A stretch of DNA of 32,000 nt, from positions 1,470,001 to 1,502,000 of the forward strand of contig NC_003551.1 in assembly GCF_000007185.1 (NCBI RefSeq). The letters are read 5' to 3'. The DNA comes from Methanopyrus kandleri AV19 (lineage in GTDB: Archaea > JAADCQ01 > Methanopyri > Methanopyrales > Methanopyraceae). Under the pieces are notes generated by a model. It saw only the letters and a list, made by a program, of their open reading frames with translations, had not been told where the DNA came from and searched no databases. The translations under genes were made by a program, and so were the position numbers. This document shows positions 11,384-19,028 of this stretch, piece by piece (within the stretch, counting starts at the first letter, position 1; every line of letters begins with the position of its first letter).

Positions 11384-11463
11384 CCTCGCCCTGAGCGGGG
11401 TTCAGGACGGTCCCTTCCGACTCCATTCAGGACACATCTTTCGTCGCCAACGTTGAAGAGGCC

Positions 11464-11526
11464 GGAATCCTCTAACATCCGAGAGTACCCGGGGGAGTCA
11501 AGGCTCAGGGGAATCCTGCGGATTCC
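11464..11526 (+). other. Competing-hairpin element in the rpoE'-spt4 gap
   Basis: GGAATCC occurs at 11464-70 and 11510-16. A single complementary GGATTCC lies at 11520-26, giving a perfect 7-bp stem with a 3-nt loop for the proximal copy. Confidence 0.35.
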
Positions 11527-11624
11527 ATCACCCCCAACGCATCAGCACCGAAAAGAACTCGTACACATGCTACATGCCTCCTCTCGCCTGAAGGGCGGGG
11601 TCCTCCAGGGGGTCGTGAAAGCCG

Positions 11625-11819
11625 TTGTCCAAGTTGAAAGCGTGCGTCAGGTGCGGGTACCTGGTGGAAGAGGATACCGAGATCTGTCCCGCCTGTCACG
11701 GGGACGAGTTCACGGAGAACTGGCGCGGTATCGCAGTGATCCTCGACACTGAGTCCCAGACCGCGGACAGGTTGAACGCGAAGATCCCAGGTAAATACGC
11801 CCTGAGAGTTGAGGAGTGA
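11625..11819 (+). CDS. spt4: Transcription elongation factor Spt4 (RNAP subunit E'')
   Basis: 64 aa with a TTG start. Zinc ribbon CVRCGYLVEEDTEICPACHG followed by NWRGIAVILD. Confidence 0.85.
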   Translation: MSKLKACVRCGYLVEEDTEICPACHGDEFTENWRGIAVILDTESQTADRLNAKIPGKYALRVEE

Positions 11820-12391
11820 CGGTCGTGCTGAGGCTACCTAGGGAGCTGCGCCCCGAGCTACGTCGACCCTGGGGCACGCTATACCCACGACCGTCCATTA
11901 AGACCTACCGACGTCTCCATGAGGAGTCAGAAGTGCTGATTACAGTCGGCGACATGACCACCCGAAGCTTCCTCCGGTGCAGTATCCGGCCGGACGTCGC
12001 CGTCGTAGACCGGAAGATGCTCAGAACTGTCCCCGTGGATCCAGGGAACAAGTTCCCGGTAACCCTCGACGTGAACAACCCACCGGGTACTATCACCCGG
12101 GAGGCTTGGGATACTGTACGGCGGGGTATCGACTACGCACTCGATGGCGACGCGACCCTCATCGACGTTACCGGAGAGGAAGACCTACTAGCCATTCCCG
12201 CTATCCTGATCGCTCCCGAAAACTCGATAGTCTGCTACGGGTTGCCGGGCGAGGGAATGGTGGCGGCGCGGGTAACCCAACACCTCAAGGATTCTGTCCT
12301 CCGACTGCTAACGAGGTTTCGGGGGTACGACGAATGGAAGTCGAGATCTTGGATCAGCGGGATAACCCCTTGCTGTACCGCAAAGAGGTGA
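11816..12391 (+). CDS. DUF359-family protein (archaeal GTP-dependent dephospho-CoA kinase family)
   Basis: 191 aa. The pattern ...LITVGDMTTRSF...PDVAVVDRKMLR...LIDVTGEEDLLAIPAIL fits DUF359, as does the conserved position after spt4. The 3' end overlaps the S24e start by 58 nt. Confidence 0.65.
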   Translation: MTVVLRLPRELRPELRRPWGTLYPRPSIKTYRRLHEESEVLITVGDMTTRSFLRCSIRPDVAVVDRKMLRTVPVDPGNKFPVTLDVNNPPGTITREAWDTVRRGIDYALDGDATLIDVTGEEDLLAIPAILIAPENSIVCYGLPGEGMVAARVTQHLKDSVLRLLTRFRGYDEWKSRSWISGITPCCTAKR

Positions 12392-12684
12392 AGTTCGTCG
12401 TACGCCACGAAGACAGTGGTACGCCCCAGAAGTCGGAGGTCCTTCGGAAGCTCGCGGCGATTCTCGACGTTGACAAGGAGGTAGTCCTGATCGACCGTAT
12501 GGAGTCGGAGTTCGGAAAGCGTGAGACCAAAGGGTACGCGAAGATCTACAAGAGCATGGAGCATCTGGAGGACATCGAGCCCGAGCACATGGTCGAGCGA
12601 CACAAGAAGGTGCTTGAAGAGCTGGAGTCCGAATCCGAGGAGTCCGAAGAGTCCGAGTCGGAGGAGTCGGAAGAAGAGGAGTAA
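12334..12684 (+). CDS. rps24e: 30S ribosomal protein S24e with an acidic Ser/Glu C-terminal tail
   Basis: Starts at ATG 12334: MEVEILDQRDNPLLYRKEVKFVVRHEDSGTPQKSEV...GYAKIYKSMEHLEDIEP. The tail is EELESESEESEESESEESEEEE. Confidence 0.9.
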   Translation: MEVEILDQRDNPLLYRKEVKFVVRHEDSGTPQKSEVLRKLAAILDVDKEVVLIDRMESEFGKRETKGYAKIYKSMEHLEDIEPEHMVERHKKVLEELESESEESEESESEESEEEE

Positions 12685-12700
12685 CCGGGGGTAAAACGGG

Positions 12701-12883
12701 ATGGGTGTGCCCAGGAGGGCTAAGCTGTACGAGGTTAAGGACGGTAAGGTGGAGCGCAAAAACCCGTTCTGCCCAAGATGCGGGCCCGGCGTATTCATGG
12801 CGGACCACGGGAACCGGTATGCGTGCGGTAGGTGTGGATACACCGAGTTCAAGGACCAGCCGGAGCCCAAGAAAAAGAAGTAA
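12701..12883 (+). CDS. rps27ae: 30S ribosomal protein S27ae
   Basis: 60 aa. Zinc ribbon [27 protein letters not shown]. Confidence 0.9.
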   Translation: MGVPRRAKLYEVKDGKVERKNPFCPRCGPGVFMADHGNRYACGRCGYTEFKDQPEPKKKK

Positions 12884-12907
12884 CATTCGCGAGCGAAGTG
12901 AGGTATC

Positions 12908-13564
12908 TTGCACTCGCGAGTTCCCGACCGACTGCGCGACGTAGTGGAAGCCGGTGACGTCATCGCCCTCGGCGCCGAGTCGCTCCTGGTTCGACACGAC
13001 TGGCTCGGGCTCCTCGCCGTCTACAAGATCCGTCTTCCCAAACCCTACCGTCACCCGTCCTTGGACGAGCGCCTCCGTCGCCTCAGGACTCGACGAGAAG
13101 CCCGAGCACTGATCAGATTACCCGAGATGGGTGTGCCGACTCCTACCCTGTACGAGGTCGACTTGGATCTTAGCCTGCTGATCACCGAGTACATTCCCGG
13201 GAGAACCCTCAAGCAGGCCACCGAGAGTTCCTTCGATCCGGACCATTACCGGAAGTTGGGTAAGCTCGTCGGGCGGATGCACGAGCACGGATTCGTCCAC
13301 TACGATTTGACCACATCGAACATCCTCGTGTCCGGTGACGACCTCTACATCATCGACTTGGGACTGAGCGAGGACTCCGACGACCCCGAAGACCACGCCG
13401 TCGACCTGCGCGTGTTCGAACGGTGTCTCGAGAGCTCCCACCCCGAGGTTAAGGAGGAGGCGTGGAGAGCCTTCCTACGAGGCTACAGGGAAGAGAGGGA
13501 AGAAGCCACCGACACGGTGCTCCGGGCCTTGGAGGACCTCAAGTCCAGGGTCCGGTACATCTAA
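12908..13564 (+). CDS. bud32: KEOPS subunit Bud32 (Kae1-associated atypical protein kinase)
   Basis: 218 aa with a TTG start. GAESLLV...KIRLPKPYRHPSLDERLRRLRTRREARAL...GFVHYDLTTSNILV...IIDLGLS are RIO/Bud32-type kinase motifs. Confidence 0.85.
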   Translation: MHSRVPDRLRDVVEAGDVIALGAESLLVRHDWLGLLAVYKIRLPKPYRHPSLDERLRRLRTRREARALIRLPEMGVPTPTLYEVDLDLSLLITEYIPGRTLKQATESSFDPDHYRKLGKLVGRMHEHGFVHYDLTTSNILVSGDDLYIIDLGLSEDSDDPEDHAVDLRVFERCLESSHPEVKEEAWRAFLRGYREEREEATDTVLRALEDLKSRVRYI

Positions 13565-14421
13565 ACCTTCGCCACCACAAGGCCCCTTTTGACCTCGATC
13601 TCCCCACGTTCTTCGAGCTTTTTGAGGGCAACGTACGTAACGTCGTACGGGACGCCGAACTGTGCGAACAAGAACTCGTAGACCTCATCCTCTGGTACTC
13701 TGCCCCGATTCTGCAACCACACCAGCAAGGCACCGAGTACCTCGGACAGGCGCTCGGGCACGTGCATTAGCTCACCATCTTCCGTCATCTCCACCTCGTC
13801 GCTCATTAGCGCCGAGTATAGGGCTTCGGAAAGTCCCTCACCGGAGTACCCTGCCCATCGGAGTCTCATCACGAGGTCCCGCCAGTCGAGACTCACCTCA
13901 CGCTTGACGACTTGCACCACGTCACCCGGAGTCACCGGGCGGTCTCCCACCAGGAGGTCCTCCAGTGGCTCGGTGTCCGGCCACTCCGGAATCCTTCCGA
14001 GCTTCGCCTCGAGAAACACCTCGGTCGCCGAGCCGTAGTCCAGCCTGAATGGGTCCTCAATGACCTCCAGGGGCAGCGTCTCCCACTCGGTCACGGCTAA
14101 CCCGAGACCGTAGTGCTCACAGAACGCCGATACGGATACCACTTCTTCCCTCGGTTCGCGGGGAAAGACCACCAGAGCCCCTAAACCCAATGCCTCCGCG
14201 TCACGTGCGATCTCGGCCAGTCCCTCTTCCCACTCCCCCAAGGCCGATATCGAAGCTAGATCGCTGAGACCTCCGACGCATACCAGCGCGAAGCAGAAAT
14301 CGTCCGAACGGACTACGAAGTCCAGCTGGTAGTCGCTGTCTACCTCCTCCACGACGCAGCCCAGCTCCTCCAGTACGAACCTACAGTCCCGGCGGAACAG
14401 GGACAAGTTAAGATCCGTCAT
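13561..14421 (-). CDS. Hypothetical protein. The C-terminal winged-helix-like segment and a possible degenerate nuclease-like N-terminal domain are weak inferences.
   Basis: 286 aa, ATG start with GGGGAAAGG upstream. Its codon and amino-acid usage resemble the neighbours (acidic, V/E/L-rich). The C-terminus YDVTYVALKKLEERGEIEVKRGLVV looks like a wHTH wing. The N-terminus LEELGCVV..DYQLDFVV..FALVCVG resembles a PD-(D/E)xK strand pattern but lacks the Lys. Confidence 0.55.
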   Translation of the reverse strand: MTDLNLSLFRRDCRFVLEELGCVVEEVDSDYQLDFVVRSDDFCFALVCVGGLSDLASISALGEWEEGLAEIARDAEALGLGALVVFPREPREEVVSVSAFCEHYGLGLAVTEWETLPLEVIEDPFRLDYGSATEVFLEAKLGRIPEWPDTEPLEDLLVGDRPVTPGDVVQVVKREVSLDWRDLVMRLRWAGYSGEGLSEALYSALMSDEVEMTEDGELMHVPERLSEVLGALLVWLQNRGRVPEDEVYEFLFAQFGVPYDVTYVALKKLEERGEIEVKRGLVVAKV

Positions 14422-14430
14422 CGCGCCTTT

Positions 14431-14444
14431 CCCCGCAGGCGGGG
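14431..14444. promoter_or_regulatory. Palindrome CCCCGC-AG-GCGGGG in the 30-bp divergent gap between the hypothetical gene and kae1
   Basis: The 6-bp arms are perfectly complementary. Each arm also supplies the G-rich SD of one of the two divergent genes. Confidence 0.4.
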
Positions 14445-14451
14445 TGCCGTA

Positions 14452-15501
14452 ATGTCGACGATGATCTGTGTGGGTATAGAGTCTACGGCCGAGAAACTCG
14501 GCGTGGGTGTCGTGACGGACGACGGGGAGATACTGGTCAACGTGAAGGCTCAGTACATCCCCCCTCCGGGCTCGGGGATACTACCCAGAGAGGCGGCTGA
14601 ACATCACTCCAGAGAACTGCCGGAGCTCCTCGAACGCGCGTTGAAGAACGCGGGAGTGGAGCCCGAAGACATCGACTTAGTGGCTTACTCGCAAGGGCCT
14701 GGACTGGGACCCTGCCTACGTGTCGGCGCCACCGCGGCCCGAACCCTGGCACTGACGCTCGAGGTCCCCCTGGCACCGGTCAACCACTGCGTGGCCCACG
14801 TGGAGATAGGGAAGTTAGCGGCACGCCAGGACGGGTTCGATTTCGACGAGCCGGTAACACTCTACGTGTCCGGAGGGAACACCCAGGTGCTGGCCCTCAA
14901 AGCCGGACGATACCGGGTGTTCGGGGAAACCCTGGATCTCCCCGTGGGTAACATGCTGGACACTTTCGCCCGTAAGGTCGGACTCCCACATCCCGGTGGG
15001 CCCGAGATAGAACGCCTCGCCGAGGAAGGTGAGCCCGTGGAACTCCCTTACACTGTACGTGGCACCGACGTGTCGTTCTCAGGCCTTCTGACGGCGGCAC
15101 TGCGGAGATACGAGCAGGGAGACAGGCTCGAGGACGTGTGTGCAGGACTTCAGGAGACAGCCTTCGCAATGCTGGTGGAGATAACGGAGCGTGCCGCGGC
15201 CCAGCTGGGCCGGGATGAGATCCTGCTCACGGGAGGGGTGGCCGCGAACCGTCGTCTCTCCGAGATGATGCACGAAATGGCGGAGGACCGCGGTGCGGAG
15301 GCGTACACGGTGCCCCCGGAACTGGCCGGAGACAACGGGGCCATGATCGCTTGGACGGGGATCCTCGTCCACGAACACGGCCTCTCGATACCGCCCGATG
15401 AGATCCCGGAGAAGGCTATCGTCAAGCAACGATACCGTGTAGACGAGGCGCCCGTCCCGTGGGCCGCTCGTCCTTCCAGATCGGCCGATTCTCAAGGATA
15501 G
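14452..15501 (+). CDS. kae1: tRNA N6-adenosine threonylcarbamoyltransferase Kae1 (KEOPS catalytic subunit)
   Basis: 349 aa. ICVGIESTAEKLGVGVV, NHCVAHVEIG, LYVSGGNTQV and LLTGGVAANRRL are ASKHA-fold Kae1/TsaD motifs. Confidence 0.95.
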   Translation: MSTMICVGIESTAEKLGVGVVTDDGEILVNVKAQYIPPPGSGILPREAAEHHSRELPELLERALKNAGVEPEDIDLVAYSQGPGLGPCLRVGATAARTLALTLEVPLAPVNHCVAHVEIGKLAARQDGFDFDEPVTLYVSGGNTQVLALKAGRYRVFGETLDLPVGNMLDTFARKVGLPHPGGPEIERLAEEGEPVELPYTVRGTDVSFSGLLTAALRRYEQGDRLEDVCAGLQETAFAMLVEITERAAAQLGRDEILLTGGVAANRRLSEMMHEMAEDRGAEAYTVPPELAGDNGAMIAWTGILVHEHGLSIPPDEIPEKAIVKQRYRVDEAPVPWAARPSRSADSQG

Positions 15502-15850
15502 AGTAGGCAGCTCGTCGAGCCCACGCTATGGGGGTTGGAACTGGCCCGTAGACGACGGTGGGTTACCATCTTCAGGATACCCACGGAAATCCGGGCTCAC
15601 GAGCTCAGAGTTATGGGCCCGTAATTAACGGCTGGGACAGCACGGTCGAGCCGGCTGAAGTACTCTGGCCTGAGCTCGCAGAATGTCGACGCTCTTACCA
15701 GGAGACTCGTACGCGCCTACCTGAAACGGACCGGAGGAGGGTTTCGTCATCGAGCAAGGTGTGACCCGTGCCGACCCCGCCCTGTATGCGTTCGTCTCTT
15801 CCAGGACCGTCGGAAGTACGAGTACTGGCCGGTAAAGGTGGGTAAAGGCG

Positions 15851-16678
15851 GTGAGATACAAACCGCTCCGGTTCGAGCTCGAGTGCGTCGAGCCCGGCGC
15901 CCTGCCTAGGTTCAAAGGGTTCGCCGTCCGCGGGATGCTTCTACGGCGGCTCAAGGAAAGATTCCCAGGGTTCGTCAGGAGGTTCCTATACGGTAACCAC
16001 CCGATCCCGGCCGTGACCCAGGTCCCACCGCTCACCGACGAGAGGATGGTCGATGTGGGAGACATCGTGAGCTTCCGTCTGAACCTCTTCGGAGACGCTG
16101 TCGACAGGGACTATGAGATCATCCTCGCACTGGTGGACGGTGAGTTGCGTCTAGGATCGGCCAGGTTCGTGCTGCGACGCGTCGAACACGCCGAGACAGG
16201 GGAGCCCGTGTGGGATGAATCCGCGTACCGATGCGTGAAACCGGAGAAGCTTGACGCTCGCGAGCCGGTGGGGAGGTACCTGGTGGTCACCTTCACGACA
16301 CCTACTTACATCGTCCACGACGGGAAACCTAGGGTCCCCAAGTTTCACATGATAGTCCGGAACGCGGCCAGGAAGTTCACCATGCTACACCGAAGGTTCG
16401 GTCTCGAGGGGTTGACCCGACGCCAGGCCAGAAACATCATCGAGTGGGCCGAGCGGGCCGAAACAATCCGAATGGATTACAGGTTCGAGACCCTCGAGCG
16501 CAGGTCGGCCCGACTGGGGAGGCACGTGTTCCGCACGATCGTGGGAACCTTCGTATACGAGCTCCCTCCCGAGCCCCCAGACCGCGTCGGTGAGGTGCTG
16601 GCCTTCGCCGAGGTCTACGGAGTGGGGAAGTTCAACACGGCGGGACTCGGACGCTTCGTCCTCGGAGAGGCCGGATGA
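15851..16678 (+). CDS. cas6: Cas6-like RAMP protein (CRISPR endoribonuclease family). It stands alone with no array or other cas genes in the window.
   Basis: 275 aa, GTG start with an AGGTGGG-type SD. C-terminal glycine-rich loop YGVGKFNTAGLGRFVL fits the GhGxxxxxGhG Cas6 hallmark. The N-terminus MRYKPLRFELECVEPGALPRFKGFAVRGMLLRRL resembles the first RAMP beta-alpha unit. Confidence 0.55.
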   Translation: MRYKPLRFELECVEPGALPRFKGFAVRGMLLRRLKERFPGFVRRFLYGNHPIPAVTQVPPLTDERMVDVGDIVSFRLNLFGDAVDRDYEIILALVDGELRLGSARFVLRRVEHAETGEPVWDESAYRCVKPEKLDAREPVGRYLVVTFTTPTYIVHDGKPRVPKFHMIVRNAARKFTMLHRRFGLEGLTRRQARNIIEWAERAETIRMDYRFETLERRSARLGRHVFRTIVGTFVYELPPEPPDRVGEVLAFAEVYGVGKFNTAGLGRFVLGEAG

Positions 16679-16723
16679 ACTAAAACCGGACCACCGAGAC
16701 CGACCGGGAAGGGGGCAGCTTGA

Positions 16724-18307
16724 GTGGAGCTGAAGTTCTCGGCTGAAGTCGAGCTCACTCTCTCGCGTGAAGTCGACCCCGCCGAGATCGAGCCTACGGT
16801 TGAGGAGTTCGTCAAAGAGGCTAACGAGGATCTCCTCCAGCGAGGTGTCCCCACGGGGAAGGAGGGGGCCAAGATCGAGAGTTATCGGGTACTCGAGGAC
16901 ACCATCGAGATGGAGATTACCGGAACGAGGTACCTGCGTCCCCACGAGGCCGCTATGAGGGTCCGTAAGCGGCTCGCCGAACGTCTCGGGAGGAAGCACC
17001 GGGTCGGCGTCCGCGACCTGAAGATCCCGCGGTACGAGGTTGTGCTCCGGTTCGACCGTGAGGTCACGCGTGACGACGTCGGGTACGTACCCGTAGCCGA
17101 CGACGTGGTGGTGGAGGACGGGACCGTACGGCTGACGTTCCAAGACGTCGACGAGGAGATGCTCCGCCGGCACGTCATCGATCGGGTGATACGGCTCGTA
17201 GCTTGGGCCGTCGAGGAGAGGTCGGAGCTAGTGGAGCGCGTCACCAAGGTCGAACCCGGTACCGTGGTGGACGAGAGCGGTCCGCGAGAGATCCGGTTCG
17301 ATGGGGACGTCACCGAAGAGGCGCGTCGACGGGGTTGGGTGAAGGAGTTCCCCGGCCGCGGACAGTGGATTTACACCCCTCCGATGGCCGCCCTGTTCGA
17401 AGTCCTCCGTGACTTCCTTCTGGAGCGTGTGACGCGTAAGTTGGGCTTCGAGCCCGCCCTGTTCCCGAAGCTAATTCCGTTGGAGACTATGTTCCGGATG
17501 CGTTACCTCCACGGTCTACCCGACGGTATGTACTACGTGTGTCCCCCGAAGCGCGACCCGGAGCTGTTCGATGATTTCAAGCGAGAGCTCTACGTGTGGG
17601 GAGAACTCAACGAGAGGACCCTCGGATCGTTGAAGGAGAAGCTCCGCGATCCCGGGTACGTTCTGGCACCGGCCCAGTGTGAGCCGTTCTACGAGCTGCT
17701 GCGGGACGAGGTGGTGGACCCCGAGCGACTCCCGATCAAGCTCTACGACTGCAGTGGCTGGACGTACCGGTGGGAGGGTGGTGCCGCGAAGGGTCTGGAA
17801 CGCGTGAACGAGTTCCAGCGGATCGAGCACGTGTGGATCGCCGAGCCGGAGGAGGCGGAGAGGATCCGAGAGGAGTTACTGGAAGCTACCAAGCGGGTCG
17901 CGGAAGAGCTGGAGCTCGAGTGGAAGGTAGTCGTATCGGACGATCCCTTCTACCTAGAGGGTCGGCTGCTGGAGGATCGGGACATCGAGCTCCCGGACGT
18001 ACCGTCGTACGAGTTCGAAGTCTACTTACCGTTCAAGGGAGAACGGTCGTCGGAAGAAGCCTGGATCTCGGTGGGCTCGTTCAACGTGCACGGCGAACAC
18101 TTCGTCGATGGCTTCAACGTGAAGGAGAAGTCGGGAAGGACCCTGTTCACGGGCTGTGCGGGTCTGGGTGTCACCCGATGGGTGGTTGGGTTACTGGCTC
18201 AACACGGGTTCGAACCCGAGGAGTGGCCGGAGCCTATCCTCGAGAGAATCGACGAGAAGTTCGGTGGGCTACCCGAGGTACCGAAGACGCTAACCTGGCC
18301 GGAGTAG
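16724..18307 (+). CDS. serS: Seryl-tRNA synthetase, methanogen (atypical) type
   Basis: 527 aa with a GTG start. Class II motifs YDCSGWTYRWEGGAAKGLERVNEFQRIEHVW (motif 2-like) and FTGCAGLGVTRWV (motif 3-like). The long N-terminal tRNA-binding domain and the length fit the rare methanogen SerRS type, not the coiled-coil bacterial type. Confidence 0.85.
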   Translation: MELKFSAEVELTLSREVDPAEIEPTVEEFVKEANEDLLQRGVPTGKEGAKIESYRVLEDTIEMEITGTRYLRPHEAAMRVRKRLAERLGRKHRVGVRDLKIPRYEVVLRFDREVTRDDVGYVPVADDVVVEDGTVRLTFQDVDEEMLRRHVIDRVIRLVAWAVEERSELVERVTKVEPGTVVDESGPREIRFDGDVTEEARRRGWVKEFPGRGQWIYTPPMAALFEVLRDFLLERVTRKLGFEPALFPKLIPLETMFRMRYLHGLPDGMYYVCPPKRDPELFDDFKRELYVWGELNERTLGSLKEKLRDPGYVLAPAQCEPFYELLRDEVVDPERLPIKLYDCSGWTYRWEGGAAKGLERVNEFQRIEHVWIAEPEEAERIREELLEATKRVAEELELEWKVVVSDDPFYLEGRLLEDRDIELPDVPSYEFEVYLPFKGERSSEEAWISVGSFNVHGEHFVDGFNVKEKSGRTLFTGCAGLGVTRWVVGLLAQHGFEPEEWPEPILERIDEKFGGLPEVPKTLTWPE

Positions 18308-18321
18308 TCCGATCCCGATCC

Positions 18322-18327
18322 TTTTTT
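18322..18327 (+). terminator. Oligo-T tract after serS. It may also act as the TATA-like element for rps3ae.
   Basis: CCTTTTTTCAACGG lies 15 nt after the serS stop and about 40 nt before the S3Ae TTG start. Archaeal RNAP terminates at oligo-T tracts. Confidence 0.5.
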
Positions 18328-18364
18328 CAACGGCGCCTTCCGGCGGGCCGGGGGGCTTGCGAGC

Positions 18365-19000
18365 TTGGTCAGGGACAAGTGGAAGGATAAGGTATGGTAC
18401 ACGATCCTCGCGCCGGATATGTTCGACAATGTGGAAGTGGGCGAGACGCCCGCCGACGACCCGGAGAAGGTGATAGGCCGGGTGCTCGAGACCACATTAG
18501 GTGACGTACTGGACGACATCACCAAGCACCACATCAAGGTGTTCTTCCGCATCTACGACGTCGAGGGGACGACAGCGTACTCCAAGTTCGAAGGACACCG
18601 ACTGATGCGCGACTACGTCCGCAGCCTGGTGAGGCGTGGAACGAGCAGGATCGACGGTGTCATCGACGTCGTCACCAAGGACGGATACAAGGTACGCGTC
18701 GCGGGTCTGGCGTTCACGACGCGACGGGCCAAGACATCCCAGCAGCGGGCCATCAGGAAGGAGATGTTCAAGGTGATCGAAGAGAACGCGAAGGAGTGCG
18801 ACTTCGACGAGTTCATCCGCAGGTGCCTGTCGATCAGCGAAGAGGAGAGCATCCCGGAGCAGATCAAGGAGGCGGGTCGTAAGATCTACCCGATCCGGCA
18901 AGCCGAGATCAGGAAGACGGAGGTCCTAGAGGAGCCGAACGGCCTACCGCCATACGAAGCGGTGGGGGACCGGGCCACCCCGGAGCTGGCCAGCTACTGA
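18365..19000 (+). CDS. rps3ae: 30S ribosomal protein S3Ae (eS1)
   Basis: 211 aa with a TTG start preceded by GGGGGG. DKWKDKVWYTILAPDMF...TPADDPEKVIGRV matches S3Ae. Confidence 0.9.
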   Translation: MVRDKWKDKVWYTILAPDMFDNVEVGETPADDPEKVIGRVLETTLGDVLDDITKHHIKVFFRIYDVEGTTAYSKFEGHRLMRDYVRSLVRRGTSRIDGVIDVVTKDGYKVRVAGLAFTTRRAKTSQQRAIRKEMFKVIEENAKECDFDEFIRRCLSISEEESIPEQIKEAGRKIYPIRQAEIRKTEVLEEPNGLPPYEAVGDRATPELASY

Positions 19001-19028
19001 GCCTCCCTCCGCAACGGTCTTCGGGCGC

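Noticed and set aside
13828-13836. GGAAAGTCC, identical to the RNase P RNA CR-I core.
   Set aside because: It lies inside a well-supported coding region, on the strand antisense to that gene, with none of the other RNase P conserved regions nearby. It is a chance 9-mer.
15502-15850. Possible SRP (7S) RNA or RNase P RNA in the kae1 / cas6-like gap. Cues were two hairpins with complementary GGG/CCC loops, CGTAAT resembling the Alu-domain UGUAAU, and ACCAGG...GAGCAAGG.
   Set aside because: I could not find a helix-8 signature (a GNAR tetraloop closed by a proper stem, followed by AGCA) or the RNase P GGAAAGUCC / ACAGAA...GGCUUA P4 elements on either strand. It is kept only as an unclassified structured region.
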